A DNA stretch of 64,000 nucleotides from Octopus sinensis. Its lineage: Eukaryota. Of the stretch, positions 13,385-26,476 are shown piece after piece. Both the position numbers and the translations under genes were made by a program. The stretch lies in contig NC_043005.1 in the NCBI RefSeq assembly GCF_006345805.1, positions 53,692,001 to 53,756,000 of the forward strand. Direction: 5' to 3'. The notes below the pieces were generated by a model, which worked only from the letters and a program-made list of their open reading frames with translations, was not told the origin of the DNA and did not search any database. Positions within the stretch are counted from its first letter, which is position 1. The number at the start of each line of letters is the position of its first letter.

Positions 13385-14864
13385 GAAACTGCAAGAAGCC
13401 TATAGTATGTATACATATGTGTGTGTGTGCATGTATTTATGTTTGACCCCCATCAATACTTAACAACCAGTGTTGATAAGTTATGTACCCATAACTTAGT
13501 AATTCAGCAAAAGAAACTGAAAGGATAAACATCAGGCTTCAAAGCATAAACATAAGCACTGGGATTGATTTGTTCAAATAGAATTCCTCAAGGCAGTGCC
13601 CCAGCATGGCCACGGTCTAATGACTGAAACAAGTAAGAGATAAAAGATAAAAGGAATGGAGAACATACCAAAATTTCTAATATAAAACTATGGTAGAATT
13701 TTGTAATTTAAATATAAACCTTTTAAAAAATGAGGCAGTCTCGGATAAATTAATAACAAAAAAGTTAAAAATGCCAACATTTGCCAGTTTATATGAATGG
13801 ACATGTTCACAATTAGAAGCAATTTATGGAGCACATTGATCAAGAAGAAACAAGTTTTACATTTTCAAAGTTGACCTTTTGAATTTTTTTTTATTTGTAA
13901 ATGTAACTTAGTCCTATTTATTTTTGAACAGACAGCACAATTTCATTGAAAAATAAGTAAGGAAGAAAGTGCAATTGTAAATATTTATAGCTTCTTTAAC
14001 AATTACAAAGTGAAAAAAGAACATTTATATTTGATATTAAAATTGAAATAATAGTAGAAATAACAAAATAAACGAATAACTTTGTTGTTCTTTAAAAAAA
14101 AAACAGAAGATTTTACATAAATTCTGCCTAACGTCGTAGTTAAATATAGTTGAAACATTTCCTACCTTATGTACAAAATATTGGCTGTTCTTTGTGAAGC
14201 TGAATTAAGCAATATATATATAACAATAGTTTGAAATACTTATGTGTCTTTAAAGGTTGAATTGCTGAAAGCAATAAATCAAATATCTATTCTCAATGGT
14301 ATTGATTTCTAATCAAATTTTTTTTTTCTAAGATTTTAATCTTGATCTTTTTTTGTTGAATTTACTTTTTAAATTTGACATTTATTCTATTTAACGTACT
14401 CATGTTTTGATGTTTTTTTTTCTTTCAATTTTTTTTTATTTATTATACTTTAAAAAAAAGTATTTTACCTTTTTTCTGTTATCCTCATCAAAGATATCAA
14501 ATTTAAACAATTATACCCAATTTAAAATCGCCCTTTAGTGAAGATGCTGCTATATTTTTCTCAGTGAATGAACAAAGTTTGTCCTCAAGTTTAATATGTC
14601 TGAATGTCATTAATTTAAAATTTATAACCTAAACAAATGAACCATGGTATAAAAGTTATTGCTTAAGACATAACAAAATACTTTTGCTTTAAATAAAACG
14701 TTTCATAAAAAAAAATTATTTGAAAGTATATAAATCGTGTCAAAATTGGAATTTTGAAATGACTAAAGATTTAAGTGAGATTAAAGATATCTGGAATTTA
14801 TAAAGCAAATACTAAAAGAATGAAAATAATACACACATCATGTAGTGATATTAGATACATGTAT

Positions 14865-15092
<228 letters not shown>

Positions 15093-16604
15093 AATGAATG
15101 TTTTAATTTCATAGCTAAAAGAATATGTCCATTCTGATTTTATACATTTATCATTTTCAGATTATCCCTGCTGAAGGCATAAAAGTATAATATACTGACA
15201 AATAATAAGGCTTATGAAAATAATGCAGAATTTGCAGAAAATGTATACTTGGTGATTCAGATTAAAAATCTGAAGCTTGTGTTTATTAGGAATTCTGAAT
15301 ACAATAAGCTAAGAAAAATTTGGTATATTTATATAAAAGCAGAAATTCCTTTTTATTTTTTTTTTTACCTTATAAATTTGGCAAACCTGAAAAGATTGAG
15401 AATTTTTGTATTTGTTTTCAAAAGATAGAATTAAAGAAGAATAGAAGAGGAATTTAAAAGTGTTCAATACATATTGAGAAAGCTGCTATCATTTTTGGTT
15501 GCTATTTTGTTTTTAGTATTTTTTTACAAAAAGGAAGTGAGTTGACAGAATTATTTACATGCTTGATAAAATGCTTAGTGGTATTTCATCTGTCTTTATG
15601 TCCTGAGTTCAAATTCCACCAAATACACATATTCAGAAAGGAGAACGCAGTGCTAATCACTTAAAGTAAATTAAAGGTGTGGAAAAGGGTGACCCAGGAA
15701 GACAAAGTATTGAAGGCTGATCTCAAACAGCTGAACCTTATGACAGGGATTACAGAGGACCAAGATATGTGGTGCATTGCTACGCACCCACTACAACAGA
15801 ACTGAGATCCTAAAACCAAGGTGCTACATAAAATGCATTGGTATAGGTACTGGTGCCATGTAAAAAGCACTGGTGACAGAGCCACATTAAAAGCGCCCAG
15901 TACACTCTGTCAGGTGGCTGGGTTTAGGAAGAGCATCCAGCCGTATATATCAAGTCAAAACAAACTATGGAACCTAGTTCAGCCCCTGATCTTGCCAGGT
16001 CCTGCCAAGCTATCCAACCCATGCCACATGATCAATGAGTATTAAACGTTGACGATGATGATGATGATATATACATATGTATATGCTTAATGTTTTGGAC
16101 TAATGGTTATATCCCAATTAGTGTAGAACATTGGCACCGTTTGGCTGCGTGGTGTCATCTGCAGTCGAGGCATATTTCTGTTGGATCTACTTCAGGAACT
16201 CTGCAGTGTTAGCTGAGATAATGACCAAATCCATCTTCTGGTTACTTCATAAATTATCATTATGTGTGTGTGTGCATGCGTGTATACACACAAACATACC
16301 TGCACATATAATCACATACATATATATGCAAATAAATACATATAGGGTATAAAAATATACAGAACAGCAAGAAGAAATTACATAATTTCTTTTAACTTGA
16401 CAGCTGTTTCAGGAAGCTCATAGTTATGTAATTTGCAGATGGTACTCGTATATGCAAAAAGTCCTGGAGATGCAACCAGTAGACTGTGACACAGAGATAT
16501 TACTATAAACCAGCACCCCTTATGAAAAGTGAATATCTAATTTCATAACTGAAAGCTTTTGAAATTAGATTATGCCCTATTATTATTTTAGTCACCTTTT
16601 TCAG

Positions 16605-16705
16605 ATGACCCTTGTGAAACAGTACAAGAGCAAGATACATACCCTAATTAAGGCTTATATAACTAATTCAGAATTACAGAAAAATTATCCTTACTACTTA
16701 AGAAA
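16605..16705 (+). CDS. Candidate coding exon of an unidentified gene (MTLVKQYKSKIHTLIKAYITNSELQKNYPYYLR), phase 0 to 2
   Basis: Acceptor CCTTTTTCAG, donor GTAAAT, stop-free, non-repetitive sequence. No homology recognised. Confidence 0.35.
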
Positions 16706-16907
16706 GTAAATATTTAAAATATCTAAAGTATGCTTTAGTTATGTATCCCTTATACATACTTATATAAGTTAAAGTGGTTGTGTTTGGCAAAAATCAGAGA
16801 AGTGTAGTCTTTTACAATATTTCTTTATACTTTTTGATGTTCTAAGTTCTTATCCCTACCTTTAGTAGAGTTTGTTTGATTGTTTATACTTAGATAATCT
16901 CTGGCTT

Positions 16908-17388
16908 AGTGTAACACGATTTTTGTCCTTGGGTAGCAACTGTTATTTCATATTTGCTTACCCCTAGAAAGATTGGGAAATGGCTAATATTTTCTTCAAA
17001 CTTTGGTTCAGTTACATTTATTCACATCCAAAAGAATCCCTCTCGACACATGACTATAATGCTCCCCCACTACTCCTACTCATGATCAGGGATGCACATA
17101 TCTTCAACCACTGAGGGACATGTTGAGGTATTCATGGTCAAGCAACTGACAAGGAAATTTGTGGTATTGAGCAGAATATTTGCTATAAAGATATTTCTGC
17201 CACAGTAACTCAGCACTGAATCTGTCTGAAATGTAATGGAAAATAGGTCATTTTCGAAACATTGATGTCCAAGTCATAAAAGCAAAGTTTGAAGGGAATA
17301 GTAGTCATTTCCTTTGATTTCTAGATAGAAGCAAATAGAAAATTACATTTACTGGCCAAAGGCAAAAAACTAAAATTTTGTTACACTG
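16908..17388. mobile_element. MITE with AGTGTAACA..TGTTACACT termini. Partial or other copies lie at 17868-18102 and 42828-43305.
   Basis: Terminal inverted repeats, TA on the right flank and three related copies in the window. Confidence 0.65.
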
Positions 17389-18421
17389 TATAACTGGAGG
17401 TGTTCCAGCCATAAATATGCCAGTTTTCTTTTTACAGATATAAAGACATAATGTATCTGGATTGGACTGGATGTTTGACCAACAATATACACAAACCACA
17501 GTCCTTTGATGCCAGACTATCACATGCACAGGTTGTGGAGATTCTTATCACTTTTATGAGTGCATGGTTAAACCAGCCACATCACTTCCTCTTACCTTAC
17601 AATATTTGTAATATGGTGTGTCAAAGTAATATTCTGTACTTGAAACTATTATATTTTGATCTTCAAATATTGTGAATCATATTTTGTATTCTGTATTGCA
17701 AACTCTGAAATATTACTTTCAAAATTTATGCATCTTTCTTTCTACCTTTTACTGGTTTTAGTCATTAGACTGTGGCCATAAGTTTGTTTTATAAGCAGGA
17801 AGAGTGGGGACAAACATGCACACACTCAATTGAATCTATCTGTCTGTCTATCTAAATACGTTATTTCCTAATTTGCTTACCCTTAGAAAGTTTGAAAAAT
17901 GGCTAATATTTCCCCCAAATTTTGCTTTCCTTTCATTTATTCAAATCCCCAAAGAATCCCTTTCAGTACATTGTTATGATGCTCTCACCACTACTTCTGT
18001 TCATGATCAGAAATGCACATATTGTCACTCACTAAGAGACATGCTCAAGTGGTCAACTGACAAGTAGATCGGTGGTATTGAGCAGAATATTTGCTATAAT
18101 ATTTCTCCACTCTCCTTGCTTATCAACCAGTGTTGGTATGTTTACATCCCTATAACTTTTCAGTTCAGCAAAAGAAACCAGTACAACAAAACAAACTTAG
18201 AAATAAATATCATCATCATCATCGTTTTGTTTTTGTTCAGTTTCCTTGTATGTCTCTACTGTCATTATTTTTTTGTTCCCAACTTTGACCCTCCATAAAT
18301 CCTAAATTTTATCTTAGAATTTATGGGAGCAACTGTTTTTGAAGACTCATATTGTCATTGAAAGCTCGAAATGAGGAATAAATAGACTGCCAGCAACTGA
18401 TGAAGGGTCCTTTCACTGTGC

Positions 18422-18466
<45 letters not shown>

Positions 18467-19140
18467 TGTGTATGACAGGCATCTTCACAATTTCCATCTA
18501 CCAAAATTATTTACAGTGCATTGGTTAGTCCAGGGTTATAGTAGTAAACATTTGTACAAGGCGCTGTGCAGTGAGACTGAATCCCAAAATCACATATTGG
18601 CCTTATGCCAAAATTTGAAGCTGTTTTAAGGCAGTAAACTAGCAGAATCAATAGCATTCAAAATATAAAAACAAACGAAAATGATGCAAAAACATTTCGT
18701 CTGTCTTTACATTCTGAGTTCAAATTCCACTGATATGGTCGTCAATAAATTAAGTACCACTGAGGTCAATATAATTGACAAGCCCCCTAACCCCTGAAAT
18801 ATTAGACCTCGTACCTATAGCAGAAGGATTATTATTATGATTTTTTTTACCAGGGCAATGGATTTGTAGAATTGTTAAAGCACTCTAACTAGCAAGTGTC
18901 CTTTGTATCTAGGGTTCAAATCCTGTCAAAGTCAATTTTACCTTTCAACTTTGTTGGTGGCAGTGCTAGGGGGGGGGTCAGTAGAATATAGTACCAGTTA
19001 AGTTAGGGTTAGTCATGATCCCAAAGATTCACAAAGTTAGAATTTAACAGCATTTTCAGAGCATATAAGTGACTGAGATTATGATACAAACTTCCTCCAT
19101 CAAATGGGACACTGATCCATTATAGGGTTAACTTCCCAGC

Positions 19141-19355
19141 TACGAAGGGGTGCTGAAAAGTTCTTGGCTTTAAGAGTATTGTGTATGGCTTGGTTGGAGG
19201 CCCAAACCCTCCAGATTATTTTACAGAGCTTAGAAAAACTGAAAGACTGTTGCATTAAGTGTGTGAATCTGAGAGGGGAATATGCTGAATAAAATCATAA
19301 TTAATATTTCTGTATTTTCTTTTACCCAGAACCAGGAACTTTACAGCACCATCGT
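19141..19355. mobile_element. Mariner-derived MITE (second copy at 19833-20052)
   Basis: TACGAAGGGGTGCTGAAAAGTTCTTGG at the left end and CCAGGAACTTTACAGCACCATCG at the right. The interior resembles a mariner 3' end. Confidence 0.8.
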
Positions 19356-19365
19356 GTGTATGTGG

Positions 19366-19445
<80 letters not shown>

Positions 19446-19446
19446 C

Positions 19447-19735
19447 ACCGTGACTGACCATGCTGCTACACATCGCTGGTCACAATGCGCTTTGCATTAT
19501 TTTAGCCTTCAAATGATGCCACCCTGTTGGCTAAGCAAGCAGGCCAACAGAGGAAAGAGTGAGAGAAAGTTGTGGCGAAAGAGTACAGCAGGGATCGCCA
19601 CCACCCCCTGCCGGAGCCTCGTGGAGCTTTAGATGTTTTTACTCAATAAACACTCACAACGCCCGGTCTGGGAATCAAAACCGCGATCCTACGACTGCGA
19701 GTCCACTGCCCTAACCACTGGGCCATTGCGCCTCC
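19447..19735 (-). mobile_element. Third tRNA-headed SINE family, tail type A
   Basis: Head GGAGGCGCAATGGCCCAGTGGTTAGGG...GGTTTTGATTCC, and the 5' ~180 bp are shared with 56179-56485. Confidence 0.8.
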
Positions 19736-19759
19736 ATACATATATATATATATACATAT

Positions 19760-19818
<59 letters not shown>

Positions 19819-20804
19819 AACACACAGACAAACGGGGTGGGGAATTGAAAAGTTCCTGGCTTCAAGAGTATCGGGAAAAGCCTAGCTGGTGGCCCAATCT
19901 TCCAAGTTCTTTTACAAGGCTTAGAAAGGCTGAAAAATTGCTGCAATAAGTGTATGAATCTGAGAGGGGGATACAATGAATAAAATCATAATTAACTGAT
20001 CCTCCTGTATTTTCTTTTAATCAAAGCCAGGAACATTTCAGCACCATCTCATACAACAGGAACTCACTTACAACTGAGGGTGACTGGAGCAACATTAAAT
20101 GAAGTATTTTGCTCAAGAATGCAATATATGCTCAGTCTAGGAATTGAAATCACATTCTCATGATCATGAGTGCAACTTCACTAACCACTAAGTCATTTAC
20201 TTTCACAATACCAGTTAAGTACTGGGACTTATTTAATCAGTTAACCATCACTACCACCTCTAAAAAATTCTTTCAGCTTTGTTCTTAGGATAGAAATCAA
20301 TATTTTTCATCACTGATTTAATGCAGTATTCTGAAAATTATTGTTTAGAAACTGGAACACATATTTGTTTGATAAGAATGGATTTCCTGTGTCTTTTGAT
20401 CACCAATTTATATTTTACTTCTTTTACTTATATATCTTTACAGAAACAATTGTGTAACAAGAAATCACATTTCCATTCTATTTGTCGTCTTAGTTGATTG
20501 TCTAAGCCATTCTAGATTAAGTGTCAATCTCAATAGTGTAGCATGCTTAGAGAAGAAAATTTAGCATTTATTTTTATCTACCAAATAATTTATAACAGCA
20601 ACCCATATATTTCACTTTATTTTCGCATACATCTTTGTCGGCTTTTATTTTTCCCTAAGAAACAGTTTTATCTCTATTTGATGGATTGTTATGGCATTTT
20701 CTTATTAATTTTCTTAATGTTCAATAACAATTTGGTAAATGAAAATATATCTTTATGAGGAACATTTTAAGAGATTCCATTTCAAGAACATAAAATTGTT
20801 TCAG

Positions 20805-20881
20805 GTGCTTTATGGAAAATCTAGTGAAATACAACAGCTATTGTACCTTCAGAAAAATGATGTTGGGGATGGAGTATATTG
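20805..20881 (+). CDS. Candidate exon (CFMENLVKYNSYCTFRKMMLGMEYI), phase 2 to 1
   Basis: Acceptor TTGTTTCAG and donor GTATGA. Phase-compatible with 16605-16705. Confidence 0.35.
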
Positions 20882-20997
20882 GTATGATATGAGAATGAAA
20901 TTTATGAAATCGTAGCATAAATATCGGATCAGCAGAAATGGGATAGGTGAAATGGATAGAAGAAAATATGGAATAAGATATAAGCTATTTTTAACAG

Positions 20998-21104
20998 TGA
21001 ATATTCTAGATGATATATTTTCAAAGAACCTTTCAGCAATCTTTCTTTTAATTATGGGCTACTTGGAACTCATGAATAATTTTGACAATCATAATTCACA
21101 GAAA
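20998..21104 (+). CDS. Candidate exon (NILDDIFSKNLSAIFLLIMGYLELMNNFDNHNSQK), phase 1 to 0
   Basis: Acceptor TTTTTAACAG and 35 open codons, but the donor GTTTCA is weak. Confidence 0.25.
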
Positions 21105-21393
21105 GTTTCAAGAATTACTTAGACAATTTTTGAATAGTTGAAACATTAAATATGCTCTACTCTTAAATGACTGAGTAATATTATGATCATAAAACTTGAA
21201 GAAAGCGGAATAATTTTTATGCTGCATAGTATAGTTAGCTGACTAATGCTGAACAGAAAGTATTTAGAACATGAAGTTAGTATAACAACTCTTGTATTTT
21301 TCTTGAAATCTTCAATCCATTGGTTAAGGTTGGACATATATTTGCACATGCGTGCCCAGGTCAGGGCAAGATTTTTAATAACTCTTTTGATAC

Positions 21394-21626
21394 CTATTTC
21401 TTTATTGCTCACAAAGGGCTAAACACAGAGAGTACAAACAAGGACAGACAAACAGATTAAGTCGATTACATCGACCCCAGTGCATAACTGGTACTTATTT
21501 AATCGACCCCGAAAGGATGAAAGGCACAGTCGACCTCAGCGGAATTTGAACTCAGAACGTACCAGTAGACGAAATATTGCTAAACATTTCTCCCGGTGTG
21601 CTAACGTTTCTGCCAGCTCACCACCT
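21394..21626 (-). mobile_element. Full-length Meta/MESC-like SINE with a perfect 15-bp TSD
   Basis: TAACTCTTTTGATAC at 21379-21393 and 21627-21641. Confidence 0.9.
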
Positions 21627-21699
21627 TAACTCTTTTGATACAAGCCTGCCTGAAACTGAGAGATTGCATGTTGTATGATAAAAAAATAATATTTTTCAG

Positions 21700-21764
21700 G
21701 GTTTAAATGAAGGTATTGCAGGAGTTATGGTACAAGATAAAAGCGATCTGTTTTGTAGGAATAG
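21700..21764 (+). CDS. Candidate exon (GLNEGIAGVMVQDKSDLFCRN), phase 0 to 2
   Basis: Acceptor ATTTTTCAG and donor AG|GTAATT. Only this frame is open. Confidence 0.33.
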
Positions 21765-22353
21765 GTAATTTGGCAGTGTTTTCTTGTCTTAGCTATGGCA
21801 GTGCAGCTATGAGTGAACTACTTGGAATACTGGGTGTATGTGCTCTTGTCGTATGTGTAATATAGAAGGAACTTGCTTAAGAAAATAGTTTCAGTCCCTT
21901 GTTTCAGATGGTCCCCACATACAGCATGCATGCTACCAGAGATTGTTAGAATAGAAATTAGCAGATTTTAGACCAATCAACTGATTTGATGTGCTGTAGA
22001 ATCCAAGTGACTGAGTATTGCATAGTATATCTGTGGATGGGTGGATGGGTGCAATGAGGCTGAGATGGTGAGAGTTTGGAAAAGATTTGTTTGCAGATGA
22101 GAATAATAGAACATCATGGGTATATGCTTGTGTGATGATAAGAGATGTGTTTAGAGACGAAATCAGTTGCTGTAGATATTCATTGGTTGCAACGGATACA
22201 GTTTGTTCATGGGTGCCTCAGTATGCTATGAGTGTAAAAGCTACAAAGAGTTTAACATTATATAAACGTGCGTGTACATGTGTGTATTCATGTGTATATG
22301 TCTATGTTCATGTGTGCATGTGTGTATACATGCACGTGCATGTGTGTGTGTGC

Positions 22354-22415
<62 letters not shown>

Positions 22416-22541
22416 CTTTGTTGTAAAAGAAATATCATTTAATAATTGTCTAGGCATATATATGTACATACACTGGTATGTATGCATCTTCAACACTAGA
22501 TACAATAGGATTATTGTTATTATCAGTAGTAGTAGTAGTAT

Positions 22542-22576
<35 letters not shown>

Positions 22577-23434
22577 TCGTTGTTATTGTTTGTGTGTAAG
22601 TTTTGTGAGATTATTAATGCTTTATTTACATGTGACAAAAAATATATACATGCACAGACAGACACACACATGAGCACACATACACATGTGGCACATTCTC
22701 ACACACACATACACAAACACACACACTCACATACATACACACACACACACATGTGCAAACACACCATATACATGTGATAAATTCTGTAAATACAGACTTG
22801 TTTGTAATGAGCTTATTTAGTATATTGGCAGAATTTTAAATTGGTTTACTTTGTCTTAAGAATATATCTTTTTAATAATTGCTTCCAGTTGGAAGATCGA
22901 CTGTGGGAGACAATTTTGATTTTATTTTGCATCAGTCTCAACATTTTTTTTTTTACATGTTCTGAACTACTGGTAAACATTGTAAATACTCGAAATTCAC
23001 TCACTATCTCTCTCTCTCTCTCTTTCTCTCTCTACACACACATACACACATACATACATACATAGTCTTTTATTCTTTTTCTTGTTTCAGTCATTTAACT
23101 GCGGCCATGCTGGAGCACTGCCTTAAATGGTTTTAGTCAAAGAAATCGATGCTGGGAGTTATTCTTTGTAGGCTTGTACTTATTCTATCAGTCTCTGTTG
23201 CCGAAACGCAAAGTTATGGGGTCAAAAACACACCAGCATCAGTTGTCAAGCAATGGCACTGTTGCACACACACACACATACACACAGGTGCATTTATACA
23301 CGACAGGCTTCTCTCAGTTTCCTTCTACCAAATCCACTCACAAGGCCTAAGGTGCCATGTAGTGGGACTGAACATGGAACCATGTGGTTAGGAAGTAAGC
23401 TTCTTACCACATAGCCACACCTGTGCCTATATAC

Positions 23435-23484
<50 letters not shown>

Positions 23485-23486
23485 GT

Positions 23487-23640
23487 ATATAATTGTTAAA
23501 CAGGATGTCAAACATTAAGGCAAGGCTAACATCTCAAGTCATATACAATAATATTACAGGAAGAAATTCAAAATCTTGAGATGTTTACCTTGCCGTAATG
23601 TTTGGCATCCTGTTTAACAAATTATATATCCGCTGCATCA
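23487..23640 (-). repeat. Imperfect ~52-bp inverted repeat next to a hammerhead-like core (probable Penelope-like remnant)
   Basis: Arms at about 23487-23538 and 23575-23627. The minus strand reads CTGATGCAGCGG directly into the hairpin. Confidence 0.55.
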
Positions 23641-23758
23641 GAAATCTACAATGGCTCCATAACTACCATCTCGGCTATAACCTTGGAGCCCCAGTAATCC
23701 ATTACAGCACTTAACTAGCGTACCTAATCATTTAAATCACCTGTGAACTAAACCCCTG

Positions 23759-23796
<38 letters not shown>

Positions 23797-24303
23797 GTGG
23801 CACGTAAAAAGCACCATCCGATCGTGGCCGTTTGCCAGCCTCGTCTGGCACGTAAAAAGCACCCACTACACTCACAGAGTGGTTGGCGTTAGGAAGGGCA
23901 TCCAGCCGTAGAAACATTGCCAGATCAGACTGGCCCTGGTGCAGCCTTCTGGCTTCCCAGACCCCAGTTGAACTGTCCAACTCATGCTAGCATGGAAGCG
24001 GATGCTAAATGATGAAGATGATGATGATGATGATATATATATATATAATATATATATATATATATGCCGGTGGCACGTAAAAAGCACCATCCGATCGTGG
24101 CCGTTTGCCAGCCTCGTCTGGCACGTAAAAAGCACCCACTACACTCACAGAGTGGTTGGCGTTAGGAAGGGCATCCAGCCGTAGAAACATTGCCAGATCA
24201 GACTGGCCCTGGTGCAGCCTTCTGGCTTCCCAGACCCCAGTTGAACTGTCCAACTCATGCTAGCATGGAAGCGGATGCTAAATGATGAAGATGATGATGA
24301 TGA

Positions 24304-24346
<43 letters not shown>

Positions 24347-25366
24347 TATCATTCGCAGCATCACTTGTGTCTCAGTTTGGTTCATTTGGTCCCTCCTTGA
24401 TGCTTAAACCTAACAGCTCAAAAAGCCATGTCAGGAATATCTTTCTGATATATGTTCTTTTTATTAACTATATATATATACATATATATAGTTTGCTGCT
24501 CCACTAAGGTGAAATCAACAAAAAGTAGTACTCCATTCAGTGAGAAATAAATATCACTTATTGCAAAGAGTATAATGATAGGAGCTTCTAATCCAGGCAA
24601 ATCATCCAACTCATGCCAGCATGCTTAAATGATGCTGATGCTGATGAGAATGATGATGACAATGATGATGATGATGATGGTGAGACCCTTGAAGAAGTGT
24701 GATAGCTACCAGTATCAATTGATTAAACTGACGCCAGTATTTGACTACTTCTTCTTTATTTCATTGATCCCAGAAAGACGAAAGTCAAATTCGTCACTGG
24801 CAGCATTTCAAGTAAAGAACTATAAAGGACCGAAACTTAAATACCACAAGGTATTTTGTCCAACGCTCTAACGATTCTGCCTGCCAAGTCACATTATTTT
24901 AATAAGTACATTGAAAATACAGTGGCTGTTTTAATCTTCTTTATACCTTCTTTCCGTTGCCAAAAATTGACTTTGATTTTCTTCATGTGTACACAATTTT
25001 GAAACAATGAACAATTTGCTTTGCCCTTCATAGAACATAATCTGAACTAATTCCAGAGAACTTGACCTATATAACAAAAGGTTTCCAAGTTCTAATCTCA
25101 TTGATGAATCTAATAATCAAATAGGTTCCCATTAAATTCTTATAAATAAATAAGAGTCAAAAGCATTAGCCTGGTTCTGTAAAAGCTGTTTCTAAAGGTG
25201 AATACCATTCTTATAGTAAAACATCAAACCCTACCCTACCCTACGCTCTTTTATTAGTCTTTTGACTTTTTTTTCTGTCCTTTACTTGGATTGGTCCACT
25301 TGTGGGTTCAATCTCTATTCCCAAATAATATATTAACAGTTTGTGATGCATGTATACAAAGTGTAC

Positions 25367-25370
25367 AGAT

Positions 25371-25447
<77 letters not shown>

Positions 25448-25480
25448 CAGACAGACACTCAGATAGACAGACAGACAGAC

Positions 25481-25555
<75 letters not shown>

Positions 25556-25720
25556 CAGACAGGCTGATAAACAAACGGATGGAAAGACAGACAGATGGAT
25601 AGAGGAATGAATGAATAGATACCTAGACAGACAGACCAGTAGGTAGATATGTAGGTAGGTAGACTGACATATAGGTAGACTTAAGTTCATAGATAAATAA
25701 ATAGATTGATAGATAGATAT
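25367..25720. repeat. (GATA)n/(GACA)n microsatellite
   Basis: Read directly from the sequence. Confidence 0.95.
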
Positions 25721-26064
25721 ATACATATGAACATAATCTATTATATATATCATTACTTATGTATATATAATCATTTTTATACGTGTAAATATCGGCATTT
25801 ATCTGTAAGTGTATATACAGTTTGTCAATATATATATACATCAAGGTGGCGAGCTGGCAGAGACATTAGCACACTGGGCGAAATGCTTAGTGCTATTTTA
25901 TGTCTTTATGTTCTAGTTCAAGTTCTGATGAGGTCGATTTTGCCTTTCATCCTTTCAGGGTCAATAAATTAAGTAACCAGCTGTGTACTGGGGTCAGTCT
26001 GATTGACTGGTCCCCTCTCCAAAGATTTCGTGCCTTGTGCCTAGAGTAGAAAAGAATTTATATA

Positions 26065-26114
26065 CAGTAGTACGTTGGTTTTTGAACAACTCTGATCACA
26101 AATATATCATGCTT

Positions 26115-26190
<76 letters not shown>

Positions 26191-26391
26191 TATATATATA
26201 AGTAGATAGATAGATAGACAGATAGACAGACAGACAGACAGACAGATAGACAGATATATAAAGAACGATTTATACGTGATCAGAGGCGTTCATAAACCGA
26301 AGTACTACTATATTAAATGTATATGAGAAAGACAGGAGATAAAGCACGATTTATTTGTGATCAGAGTTGTTTCAAAACTGACGGACTACTG
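26065..26391. mobile_element. Tc1/mariner-type MITE whose interior is mostly microsatellite
   Basis: TA|CAGTAGTAC at the left end and GACTACTG|TA at the right, with ~52-bp imperfect TIRs. A third TIR copy lies at 26262-26310. Confidence 0.65.
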
Positions 26392-26407
26392 TATATATAT
26401 ATATATA

Positions 26408-26474
<67 letters not shown>

Positions 26475-26476
26475 TA

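Noticed and set aside
14256-14298. Additional exon candidates, also at 16404, 20444, 22889, 47762 and 54910
   Set aside because: They have plausible splice sites but could not be joined in frame to the main chain without stops or assumed errors.
26262-26391. GTGATCA as another G3:C8 hammerhead core
   Set aside because: No stem I pairing and no consistent GAAA across the three copies. Better explained as MITE TIRs.
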